A stretch of DNA of 24,941 bases, taken from a virus (Duplodnaviria; Caudoviricetes). Under the pieces are notes generated by a model. The model did not search any database and was not told where the DNA came from. It worked only from the letters and a program-made list of their open reading frames with translations. The stretch spans positions 1-24,941 of IMG/VR virus record IMGVR_UViG_3300020045_008671; one strand, 5' to 3'. Each line of letters begins with the position of its first letter. The first letter of the stretch is position 1. The position numbers were made by a program, and so were the translations under genes. Of the stretch, positions 17,123 through 24,941 are shown piece by piece.

Positions 17123-17680
17123 TTATAATTCTGTTCCGAATGTTCTTACTCTATACCAAATTTTAACTAAGATAGTACCATCTCCTAAAGTTGGATTAGT
17201 TCCATTATAAGTACTAATTTGAATACCTCCACCTAAACCTTGACGATTAACGACATTTAAAGTGTCGACATATGTAGCAATATCTGATCCATAATTATTA
17301 ATAACTGTAACATTACTTGTTCCAGAGGTTAAAATAGATTCAGTTAAATAAGCATATGAGTTAATACCATAAATGTTAATTGCGTCGTTAAACGTATAAG
17401 GCGTTGTTAATTCTGTAAATTCTAAAATAAACTTTTGAATTTCATAATATTTATTAGCATCGGCATTTGGGAGTAATTCAATAGGTGTATTCCCTAAATC
17501 TAATATTTGAGCAGAACTTATTGCAACTTCTGTATATGTTAGTGATTCAGGTAAATTTGATTCAATAGTTTCTATCTCTTGAATAATACTTGCAATATCT
17601 TCAACGATTCTATTTTCGTTATCAGTATTGACAACCCTAGTCTTGAATTTATTTTTGAATGATTTTTGAGTAATAGCCAT
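17123..17680 (-). CDS. Putative head fibre/decoration protein
   Basis: N-terminus shared with 17707..18285; beta-rich C-domain (ISSAQILDL..TPIELLP...GDGTILVKIWY). Confidence 0.55.
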   Translation of the reverse strand: MAITQKSFKNKFKTRVVNTDNENRIVEDIASIIQEIETIESNLPESLTYTEVAISSAQILDLGNTPIELLPNADANKYYEIQKFILEFTELTTPYTFNDAINIYGINSYAYLTESILTSGTSNVTVINNYGSDIATYVDTLNVVNRQGLGGGIQISTYNGTNPTLGDGTILVKIWYRVRTFGTEL

Positions 17681-17706
17681 AATTTTATATATTAATTAGG
17701 TAATTA

Positions 17707-18285
17707 TTATGCAATGGTAACTCCAGAGTTTTCTAAAACTACCCAATCAGTTCCGCTCCATTGTAAAATTAAATAATCTCCAGCATCATTAAATGTTGCG
17801 GTAGTTCCTCCAGCAAAAGCAGTAGCAGGGGTAACAACACCATCACCAATACCATCAACTACCAAAAGAATTTTCTTCATTTGCCCAATTTGAACACCAT
17901 TAGCTAACGTGAAAGCATCACCTCCAGCATCAGTATTTATTGTAGTCAAATAATTGGTAACGATAATAGCACCACCTGTTCCAGCGGTAATATTATTTTG
18001 TGCTACTTGTGGGTAAAAAGAAGCAATTTGAGAATTTGCACTTACTCCACCATCTTTTAATAAAACTCCATCAACTGTAACCCCAGCACCAGAAGTTCTT
18101 TCAGAAACCGTGTTTGTTACAACAGCTGTTGTTGCTGTAATTGTAGCTTGAGTAATTGTCCCATCAATCAAATCGTTAACTTCAGTAATAACGTTTGTCA
18201 TATCTTGAACTAAATTGTCCTCAATGGTTTTATTGGTTACTCTGATACGATTTTTATTTTTTGCTGATAATTGTGTAATTGCCAT
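17707..18285 (-). CDS. Putative head fibre protein
   Basis: ERTSGAGVTVDGVLLKD fibre-like repeat; C-domain FTLANG..GQMK...F.DAGD..ILQW.GT.W. Confidence 0.6.
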   Translation of the reverse strand: MAITQLSAKNKNRIRVTNKTIEDNLVQDMTNVITEVNDLIDGTITQATITATTAVVTNTVSERTSGAGVTVDGVLLKDGGVSANSQIASFYPQVAQNNITAGTGGAIIVTNYLTTINTDAGGDAFTLANGVQIGQMKKILLVVDGIGDGVVTPATAFAGGTTATFNDAGDYLILQWSGTDWVVLENSGVTIA

Positions 18286-18317
18286 CTTAAATGTTTTTAA
18301 ATAAATATTATTTTCAA

Positions 18318-18325
18318 CAAATGTA
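18318..18325 (-). promoter_or_regulatory. -7 element (TACATTTG)
   Basis: caaatgta on +, in the gap between the terminase stop and the start at 18285. Confidence 0.6.
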
Positions 18326-18350
18326 ATACAAAATTAAATTGATTTTTTTT

Positions 18351-20462
18351 TTAATAAATCCTAACTATTTTTCCAGTAGTAATATCAACGTCAGCTATTT
18401 TAGTATTCCAGTTAGTTTGTGCGTTCTGAATTTGCCTTCTTACAATTTTACCTTCTTTTTGCTCCCCCTTAATATTTATTGGTTCATATTTCGAGTGGCT
18501 AACAGCGTTTATGTAAGAAAAAACGATTGAGAATATCGCATCATCAAAATCGTAGCGCAAATCCGAAGCTTGGTATCTAGTTTGTCTATGTGACTGAGAA
18601 CTTTTTAAATCTTTTTCGGTAAAAGTTTTCAATTGCTCCCAAAACCAAGGAATGTCAATGTTTTTTGAATAAGCATCAAGCAATTCCTCTAATTTAGCAA
18701 TGATATGTCCAGCAGTATTTACCCTGTTATTAATTCCAAACCATTTTCCACCACCTGTTTGTAAATAATCTGGAAGAGTGGTATTACTCGTAAATTTATG
18801 TTTAAATCCATGAATTTCTTGGAAATCTAAGTGCATATCTCCAATATTACTTTCGATAAGTTCTTTTATTCCACCTTTATTTTGTTGATCGTAGTACAAA
18901 TTCTGCAATAAAACCTGTAAATAACAAACTTTAAACTTTTTCTCCCTGTAAAAAACAACACTTGAAACACTATTTGTGCATGCATCCCAAATGGCACTAC
19001 TCATTTTCGAGTGTCCTGTTTCAGAATTTATTGGATCTGTCCCTTGATACCATCTATGTTTCCAAATTTCATTTTGTGGTGGGTGATTAACAACTATTGC
19101 AGTTGTTCGTACGTCATCAAATCCACTTGTCGCAACAAATCGTGAACCTGTAATTTTAAATGGAGTAAATAAATCTGGTGTTGGATTATTAATATCCATT
19201 ATTGGCTCAAAATAACCGTATTCAATTGCAGGTTCTCTATTGTAAATAAAATCAAGTCTTTCTTGGCAAAAATGATTTGGAACAAGCGTTCTTGATTTAC
19301 GAATAAACATATCGTCTATTGTGATTGGGTAATGTTGGTGAAATTGTACAAGACCTTTACCCGGATCTTTTGAATTATTTTTAGCTAAATAAGCTTTACG
19401 TTCTGATTCTATGTATTCTTTTGTACTTCCTCTTTTAGCATAGGCATTAAAAAACAAAGGAATTATTCCGTATTCAAAGTTTCTTTCCTTCCAATTTTTT
19501 AAACAAGCTTTAAATTCAGATTCAAAAACTGAACCACCCTTATCCATATCCCCTGATGTACCCCAACCGATAAACTGTTGTTGCATTATCATTTTATCCT
19601 TATCTGGATCGTATTTGAATAAAGCTGGACGACCTTCACGCATCATGTCACCAAATATTTCAAACAATCCAATCTCATCTACAAGTGTAGCCGATGGAGA
19701 ACCACCATTTATTGCATCAATACTTGGAGCATCAACTTGAAAACGAGAACCACCACCTTCATCACGACCTTTTCTATCACCTTTTTTATCAAAAGACATA
19801 GTAGAATCAGTCCAATTATGTACGTTTAATGCTAGATATTCTGGTATTTTAGTGAAAGCCCATTTAACTTTATCCCTAAAAATTTCTTGACCTTTAGTGT
19901 CTGAGTGGGTGATAAATTTAATGAAATAAGATTTATTAAAAGCTACACGTTTCATTCCAGCAAGACACATGGTAGTAGTAAATCCAATTTGCCTACCTTT
20001 ACCAATCATCATCGAATAACCGCAGTCAAAAAAGAACAATAATACTTGTTGTGCTTCCCAAGCTGTGTATTTTAATTTACCATCTTTTGATTTATCTTCT
20101 TTAATCCAACCATACTTGTTACAAAAATAAAGCGAATTGTCCTTACATCTTTCAATTTCGTTTTCAAGCCATTCCCTTTGCTCTTCTTCGGTATTAAAAT
20201 CTAAAATGTCCGTTGGATCTTCAATCCATTGTTTTGCTTGGAGAACGTATTTTTCTAATGGAATGTATGTGACTTTATTTTGCCACCCAGAATTTATGCT
20301 ATTGATAAATTTTATAAATTCTTCCGAATAATCAAATTGCTCGTGCGAAGGTTTCCATTCAGAAGTTAAAATTTCCCTTTGAGTAAAATCCTCTGCAACA
20401 ATTGGTTTTATTTGCGTAGTCTTTTTGAAACTAAGAAATTCCTCGAATATATCTTTTGCCAT
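18351..20462 (-). CDS. terL: Terminase large subunit
   Basis: Walker A GKGRQIGFTT, Walker B TLVDEIG, motif III GWGTSG, RNase H-like nuclease GTDP...DDAIFS. ATG 20462 preferred over TTG 20480. Confidence 0.9.
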   Translation of the reverse strand: MAKDIFEEFLSFKKTTQIKPIVAEDFTQREILTSEWKPSHEQFDYSEEFIKFINSINSGWQNKVTYIPLEKYVLQAKQWIEDPTDILDFNTEEEQREWLENEIERCKDNSLYFCNKYGWIKEDKSKDGKLKYTAWEAQQVLLFFFDCGYSMMIGKGRQIGFTTTMCLAGMKRVAFNKSYFIKFITHSDTKGQEIFRDKVKWAFTKIPEYLALNVHNWTDSTMSFDKKGDRKGRDEGGGSRFQVDAPSIDAINGGSPSATLVDEIGLFEIFGDMMREGRPALFKYDPDKDKMIMQQQFIGWGTSGDMDKGGSVFESEFKACLKNWKERNFEYGIIPLFFNAYAKRGSTKEYIESERKAYLAKNNSKDPGKGLVQFHQHYPITIDDMFIRKSRTLVPNHFCQERLDFIYNREPAIEYGYFEPIMDINNPTPDLFTPFKITGSRFVATSGFDDVRTTAIVVNHPPQNEIWKHRWYQGTDPINSETGHSKMSSAIWDACTNSVSSVVFYREKKFKVCYLQVLLQNLYYDQQNKGGIKELIESNIGDMHLDFQEIHGFKHKFTSNTTLPDYLQTGGGKWFGINNRVNTAGHIIAKLEELLDAYSKNIDIPWFWEQLKTFTEKDLKSSQSHRQTRYQASDLRYDFDDAIFSIVFSYINAVSHSKYEPINIKGEQKEGKIVRRQIQNAQTNWNTKIADVDITTGKIVRIY

Positions 20463-20513
20463 AATTAAACTATGCTTCAAGATTTAAACCTAAATCAAAA
20501 AGTCTTATAATTA

Positions 20514-20521
20514 CAAAAATA
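20514..20521 (-). promoter_or_regulatory. -7 element (TATTTTTG) upstream of terL
   Basis: caaaaata on +, in the intergenic gap. Confidence 0.45.
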
Positions 20522-20525
20522 AGAT

Positions 20526-21119
20526 TTATTCAAATATGTTTTTTTTCGGTTTTTTAAGGAAATTATCAAAATCAGCTTCAACATTAGTTGTGCTTTCAGA
20601 AGCTTTAGGTAGTTCCAAATCCTTAAATCCTTCGTAATCGGAAACGCATTTAAAAATATAATTCAACTTTCCTTTGAAATAAAATATAGGATTTACCATG
20701 TAGGATTTTCCGTTTCTGTTTTTCTTCCATCGGATAATGTCTTTTTCCAATAACACATGAATTCCTTTTTGAATGTATTTTAAATGGATTCCAGTACATT
20801 CGTTTATTTCCCTGTAAGAGAAACTATCAATCACATTTGAGTTATTCATTTGCTGTACAAGGAAACGTAAAACTCTGTGTGCCGAAGGTGGTAAATCGTC
20901 CATCATATCCATACACTCCACAAACGAAATATAAAATCTTGTTTTTCTTTTTTTAAGAATCAACGATTTTAATTCCTCAATTTTAGGATCAAAAGCTTCA
21001 GCAATTTTTACAAAGTTTCCTTTGGCATCTTTTGTGTACAAATCGAACTTATCTTTTTTCAAAGAACTTATTCTGTTTGCTTCCTGAAGAAGTATTTGGT
21101 AAACAACGTTATCTTTCAT
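20526..21119 (-). CDS. RepL-like winged-helix DNA-binding protein
   Basis: RVLRFLVQQMNNSN...SYREINECTGI...IQKGIHVLLEKDII...YMVNPIFYFKG. Confidence 0.7.
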   Translation of the reverse strand: MKDNVVYQILLQEANRISSLKKDKFDLYTKDAKGNFVKIAEAFDPKIEELKSLILKKRKTRFYISFVECMDMMDDLPPSAHRVLRFLVQQMNNSNVIDSFSYREINECTGIHLKYIQKGIHVLLEKDIIRWKKNRNGKSYMVNPIFYFKGKLNYIFKCVSDYEGFKDLELPKASESTTNVEADFDNFLKKPKKNIFE

Positions 21120-21121
21120 TA

Positions 21122-21331
21122 TTAAAATTTTTCAATTTCTGATTTAACTTCATTCCAATAATCTGAATCAATCTTAGATATAGTTGTTTCAATAATCTCA
21201 TCAACCACGATTAAAGCTCCTTTTTTGGAATTGCTTGTATGTGATTCCTCTCTGAATGAAAACAAATTAGCGTGTGCAATTGGTTTAAATTTATCAAATA
21301 ATTCTTGTGCTTTTTCTTTTGGTGTTTTCAT
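21122..21331 (-). CDS. Hypothetical protein of a type recurring in Flavobacteria-type phages
   Basis: TPKEKA.EL..KF...ALI.VDEII...YWNEVK.EIEK pattern. Confidence 0.7.
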   Translation of the reverse strand: MKTPKEKAQELFDKFKPIAHANLFSFREESHTSNSKKGALIVVDEIIETTISKIDSDYWNEVKSEIEKF

Positions 21332-21337
21332 AATTTT

Positions 21338-21538
21338 TTATTTAAAACCTATCACTGTATTACTTCTTTCATCTACATTAAATTCACATTCATTGAACCA
21401 TGTACTTTTATACTCACCATTAATAAAGTAACTCAATTCGTAAGAAACAGTACTAAATCTTATAGATATACCTGTAATTATTGCTTCTGAATTACCTAAT
21501 TTTATTATAGCTTTAGTGCCACATTTTATCAACTTCAT
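21338..21538 (-). CDS. Hypothetical protein
   Basis: 66 aa with a C-terminal IGFK motif; operon context. Confidence 0.6.
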   Translation of the reverse strand: MKLIKCGTKAIIKLGNSEAIITGISIRFSTVSYELSYFINGEYKSTWFNECEFNVDERSNTVIGFK

Positions 21539-21541
21539 TAT

Positions 21542-21844
21542 TTATAAATTTGAAATTATTTTTTCCGTGTTAAGTTTAATTTTTTTTAGTAGCCCTATGG
21601 TTTTTTTAAAATTGCTTTGCTCAAAATTAATTGTCGATTCTAAAGATTTTCTAAATTCTTCAATATCCAAGTCACCTTTCATTTGGTTACATCTTCCACA
21701 AGCAGGAACTTTATTTTTGTTACTTAAAACACCGCCTTTTGATTTTGGATATAAATGATCAGTTGTCCTAGAGAACTGATTTATTGATTCTAAACAATAG
21801 GAGCAAACTGATAAGTTCACTCCTTTTTTTGAAAAACTGTCCAT
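21542..21844 (-). CDS. Small HNH endonuclease
   Basis: CSYC...TTDHLYPKSKGG....NKVPACGRCNQMKG. Confidence 0.85.
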   Translation of the reverse strand: MDSFSKKGVNLSVCSYCLESINQFSRTTDHLYPKSKGGVLSNKNKVPACGRCNQMKGDLDIEEFRKSLESTINFEQSNFKKTIGLLKKIKLNTEKIISNL

Positions 21845-22506
21845 TACTTGAACTTGATTTTGTAAAGCCAGTAAGGAATAAAAACTTTGTCCCCTTCTTT
21901 AACCACATTTTCCAATGGTAAATAAAGCAAATCTCCATTGTGAGTAGTAGTTAAAAACTCCTTTTCTCTGTGGGTTACAGGTTCAAATTCCATTTTTAAT
22001 TCGATTAAAGTATTGCTTTCTGGAATTAGTTCAATTTCATCTTCTTCCGATTTTTCTTCTACAACTGGATTTGCTTTTTTAGATTCTAAAACTAAATTTT
22101 CTAATACAACTCCAACGGTAACTGAAACATTCTCACTATTTCCTAAAGTGTAATTTTCTGGTGATTCATTTCTTTCAATTGTTGGTAAATCGCTTACAGA
22201 ACCTTTTTCAGAAGTAATAGTATCAATTCCACTTTCGTAAATACCAGATTCCATTTTTGAAACTTCGTCTTCCGTAGGTTGTGGGATTACTAACTCTTTT
22301 TCGTGGTTCTCGTTGGTAACGTTTTCGTTAGCTGTTTCATCAGCGTTTTCATTTTCGATAGTTTCTGAAATTTCTTTCGCTACTTCTAAATTTTCATCAA
22401 TTGCACCACCAACGGTATTAGTTGTTACACCTTCTGTTACTGGAACAAATTTTGCATCTTTTACTTCTTCCAATGTTGGAAGATCTTTTCCTGTTTTTTT
22501 TGCCAT
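21844..22506 (-). CDS. Acidic, likely disordered hypothetical protein
   Basis: E/T/N-rich 220 aa with a small folded C-terminus. Confidence 0.65.
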   Translation of the reverse strand: MAKKTGKDLPTLEEVKDAKFVPVTEGVTTNTVGGAIDENLEVAKEISETIENENADETANENVTNENHEKELVIPQPTEDEVSKMESGIYESGIDTITSEKGSVSDLPTIERNESPENYTLGNSENVSVTVGVVLENLVLESKKANPVVEEKSEEDEIELIPESNTLIELKMEFEPVTHREKEFLTTTHNGDLLYLPLENVVKEGDKVFIPYWLYKIKFK

Positions 22507-22525
22507 TTTATTTTGTTTTTAATTG

Positions 22526-22975
22526 TTACTTTTTATTTCCGAATACTACAATCATACTATCTTTTGTACCACTCTGAGTTTTGCCTTTAGCATTTAATGG
22601 TAGATAAAAATTTCCATTAGCATCACGTTTTCCAAATTTAATTCTGCTTTTAACAAATTCAATTTGTGTCGCATTAGGTTTTATCCATTCATGAAACAGG
22701 ATTGTTGATGTTGAAACAGGAATCAAAAATACACAAATTTTACCTTTTTTAGATTCTTCAATTCCTTTTTTTATAAACGCTTCTTTCAATTTTTGGCTGT
22801 AAGGAGGGTTTACGAAATTCGATTTACCCCACTCAATTTTTAAACCATCATTCACAATTACACCTTCATTGTAAGGACACGGATCAAAATCAAAGTTAAA
22901 TCGTTTATTTAATTCCTCTTAAAATTCTGGAGGAGTTGCGTAATTATCATCGTTGTTTATGTGTATATTTCTCAT
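22526..22975 (-). pseudogene. Phage DNA N6-adenine methyltransferase (Dam-like) with an in-frame TAA at codon 19
   Basis: From ATG 22975: MRNIHINNDDNYATPPEF*EELNKRFNFDFDPCP...DGLKIEWGKSNFVNPPY. The stop is at 22921-22919, in the same frame as the tracked ORF. Confidence 0.8.
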
Positions 22976-22992
22976 AATAATTTTATCAATAT

Positions 22993-23601
22993 TTAATATC
23001 CAAATATGGTGTTAAACGAATGTATGGATTTTTGACTAATCAATCCAGAACTACAATCGTAACTATATTCACTCAACCTTTCAAGCAAATACTCGACTTC
23101 CGTTATTTTACTTTTAATTTGAGAGATATGGTTGTTGTACTCGTTAATCGTCAATTCAATAATTTTCTTTAAAAGATTTTCTTCACCTTTAACATTTTTC
23201 ACGTTTTTAGATTTATTCTCCAACGTATTTCTTTTTAACCCTATATCGATTATTTGTTTTTGAGCCTTATCCTTTGCTTCGTTCAACTCATTTTTCAGGA
23301 AAGCAATTAAGTCAAATCGTGGATCATCAGAAAAGTTCTCCAACGCTGAAACAATTTGTGATGAAATAAAAGCCATAAACAAGTTGTTTAAATCGGTTAC
23401 TTTACCAATAGTTCCTGTTTTATCGTAAACATCACGAAGGTTGTCGTCCATCAACACATCATACGCTTCCTTGATTTTTGTAAACTCATCTATGCTTCCA
23501 CCTTTATCTGGGTGGTGCAATTTACACAAATTTTTGTAAGCTTTTTTAATTTGTTCTTTTGTGGCTGTTTTTTCAAGCCCTAATAATTCATATAATCCCA
23601 T
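22993..23601 (-). CDS. J-domain (DnaJ-like) protein with coiled-coil C-terminus
   Basis: LYELLGL...IKKAYKNLCKLHHPDKGG...FTKIKEAYDVLMD...RDVYD; HPD intact. Confidence 0.9.
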   Translation of the reverse strand: MGLYELLGLEKTATKEQIKKAYKNLCKLHHPDKGGSIDEFTKIKEAYDVLMDDNLRDVYDKTGTIGKVTDLNNLFMAFISSQIVSALENFSDDPRFDLIAFLKNELNEAKDKAQKQIIDIGLKRNTLENKSKNVKNVKGEENLLKKIIELTINEYNNHISQIKSKITEVEYLLERLSEYSYDCSSGLISQKSIHSFNTIFGY

Positions 23602-23607
23602 GACTAT

Positions 23608-23793
23608 TTATTTTGTAAATTTATCTAAGTCCTCTACCGTTAAAGCACTCCCTTTTAATTCTCTAGCTTTTATAAAAGCATTTGTTGTTTCACGTAAGCC
23701 ATGTTTTTCTTCGTGGTGTTTCATAATACCAAAAATACCACTAGGTAATTTTTCACCACATACATCGCAAGTGTAATTATTTTCTATTACCAT
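23608..23793 (-). CDS. Small C2H2-like Zn-finger protein
   Basis: YTCDVCGE...MKHHEEKH. Confidence 0.6.
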   Translation of the reverse strand: MVIENNYTCDVCGEKLPSGIFGIMKHHEEKHGLRETTNAFIKARELKGSALTVEDLDKFTK

Positions 23794-24032
23794 TTTAATT
23801 TGGTTTTATATTTTGAAACTTCCGTTACAACATAGTTTCTAATCTCCAGATGCTCATGTTTGTTTAAACCAAGTATCAACGGAATTTTACCCTTTGCCCT
23901 GTTCATGTTAAAACGAATACTCAAAACTTCGCTTTTAGGAAATATGCAAGTGTATTCCAAAAGATTTGCAGTAATTTTAATATCCAATGATAAATCGGTT
24001 TCCGTGCTTTCAAATGTGATGTTGCTTTTCAT
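23787..24032 (-). CDS. Hypothetical protein
   Basis: 81 aa, overlapping both neighbours. Confidence 0.55.
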   Translation of the reverse strand: MKSNITFESTETDLSLDIKITANLLEYTCIFPKSEVLSIRFNMNRAKGKIPLILGLNKHEHLEIRNYVVTEVSKYKTKLKW

Positions 24033-24214
24033 TTATTTTTTGGTATTATTTCAAAATAATTATTTAAAGCTATAGCTATATTAAGATTCATTTCTCGCTT
24101 ACCGTTCAGCATATCATCAAAATCCTCTAAATCAACTTTAATTATTTTAGCAAATTCTTGTCGTGAATAATTCAATTCGATTATCCTTTCATCTAATTGT
24201 TCCCTCCACCCCAT
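24029..24214 (-). CDS. XRE/HigA-like HTH protein
   Basis: SRQEFAKIIKV....FDDMLNGKREMNLNIAIALNNYF. Confidence 0.7.
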   Translation of the reverse strand: MGWREQLDERIIELNYSRQEFAKIIKVDLEDFDDMLNGKREMNLNIAIALNNYFEIIPKNK

Positions 24215-24521
24215 GTCTTATAAATTTTGCTTGATTAAACGGTATTTTATCTTGTCCGTACATACAGTAAACACAATAAACTTTATCCTCTAAATCAACG
24301 TGTGCTATTTCAGATTGGAAAATTCTACCTCTACACATTTTAGGGTGACTTCTATCATCATCAAAAGACCATTGGATAACATCGCCAACTTTTAAAATAC
24401 TTTCATTTTCCTTTTCAAATTGATCCAATTTATTTAAAGCTTCCAACACTTCCTGAGAAGTCATAAGTACGCCATCTTTCCAGAACGCAATACCATCATT
24501 GTAAATCCCACCTGTGTACAT
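24189..24521 (-). CDS. Hypothetical protein
   Basis: 110 aa, first gene after the promoter at 24545-24577. Confidence 0.6.
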   Translation of the reverse strand: MYTGGIYNDGIAFWKDGVLMTSQEVLEALNKLDQFEKENESILKVGDVIQWSFDDDRSHPKMCRGRIFQSEIAHVDLEDKVYCVYCMYGQDKIPFNQAKFIRHGVEGTIR

Positions 24522-24544
24522 AAACTATTTATATTAATTTTCTA

Positions 24545-24577
24545 CAAATATACACATTTATTTCATATAGTTACATA
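24545..24577 (-). promoter_or_regulatory. Promoter with conserved upstream box, copy 3 (TATGTAACTATATGAAATAA-N5-TATATTTG)
   Basis: Reverse complement of 24545-24577; the 20-mer is identical to 3841-3860. Confidence 0.75.
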
Positions 24578-24747
24578 TTTTAATAAAAAAAGTACTAAAG
24601 TATCACAAAACGTATTCAATAAGTATAACAAACTTTCCCCCACGTAACAAAACATAACCAAACACGCTGAAACCGTAGCAAAATGTGTACTTATTGACAA
24701 GATCAACACGAAACCAAGTGAAAAACGTTATGCAAGCAGAATAAATT

Positions 24748-24775
24748 GTGTCTTATAACTATGATTATGTTAAAT
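24748..24775 (+). other. dif-like XerC/XerD recombination site
   Basis: gtgtcttataa-ctatga-ttatgttaaat: 11-6-11 layout, right arm identical to the canonical XerD arm TTATGTTAAAT, left arm ends in ATAA. Confidence 0.75.
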
Positions 24776-24899
24776 AGAACGTCCGTGTTTTGGGGTTTTC
24801 CTTTTGAAAAGGGGAGGGGTATGTTTGCTATGTATAGTACCCCCACGGATAGAAAAACAATCTTTCAGCACTCTTTACATTATGTTCTCAAAAGTGTCG

Positions 24900-24941
24900 G
24901 AAAGGATAATCGAATTGAATTATTCACGACAAGAATTTGCT
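24900..24941. repeat. Perfect inverted copy (at least 42 bp, runs off the window) of 24149-24190
   Basis: 24900-24941 is the exact reverse complement of 24149-24190, which lies inside the HTH gene. Confidence 0.95.

Noticed and set aside
1080-24075. Short ORFs antisense to or nested in longer genes (e.g. 1080, 2739, 3132, 5924, 6257, 7146, 8311, 8958, 10834, 13302, 14150, 14575, 15659, 15886, 16784, 18339, 20137, 21225, 21305, 21516, 22313, 23561, 23860)
   Set aside because: Shadow frames overlapping better-supported genes, with no motifs or expression signals.
24811-24818. GGGGAGGG matches the KOPS consensus GGGNAGGG near the dif-like site
   Set aside because: Single copy, pointing away from the dif-like site, and this consensus is not established for Bacteroidota.
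1-24941. Stop-codon reassignment (TAG/TGA), as known in some crAss-like phages
   Set aside because: Long genes are intact under code 11, and TGA and TAG terminate genes at sensible positions (e.g. 773, 6767, 8530, 16779). The only internal stop seen is one TAA.
1-24941. tRNA, rRNA, CRISPR array, integrase, reverse transcriptase, intein in terL
   Set aside because: No cloverleaf or T-loop, repeat-spacer array or diagnostic protein motifs were seen by eye; the terL motifs are contiguous.

Overview
An AT-rich fragment of a tailed dsDNA phage, most likely crAss-like (Crassvirales-type podovirus) with a Bacteroidota host. The host call rests on repeated TAnnTTTG '-7' promoter elements and A-rich start contexts without Shine-Dalgarno sites. 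The minus strand carries the packaging and virion module: RepL-like wHTH, large terminase, two putative head-fibre proteins, a putative auxiliary capsid protein, portal, acidic scaffold, major capsid protein and three putative ring/adaptor proteins. Two plus-strand islands interrupt it: a ~6 kb block (HNH nucleases, DUF3127, DUF1599, PD-(D/E)xK nuclease, small ORFs) and an XRE-HTH pair. The right end has a J-domain protein, an adenine MTase broken by an in-frame TAA, a HigA-like HTH and a dif-like XerCD site. The most interesting signals are non-coding: (i) a leader upstream of an HNH gene whose 5' hairpin loop is exactly complementary to a terminator loop; (ii) a promoter / 37-aa peptide / pseudoknotted RNA / terminator unit; (iii) a pseudoknotted three-way-junction leader on the NUMOD4-HNH gene; (iv) a phage-specific promoter motif present three times at identical spacing; (v) the dif-like site. 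Both window ends look like possible inversion chimeras. Protein family calls come from motif recognition and synteny only; no searches were run.
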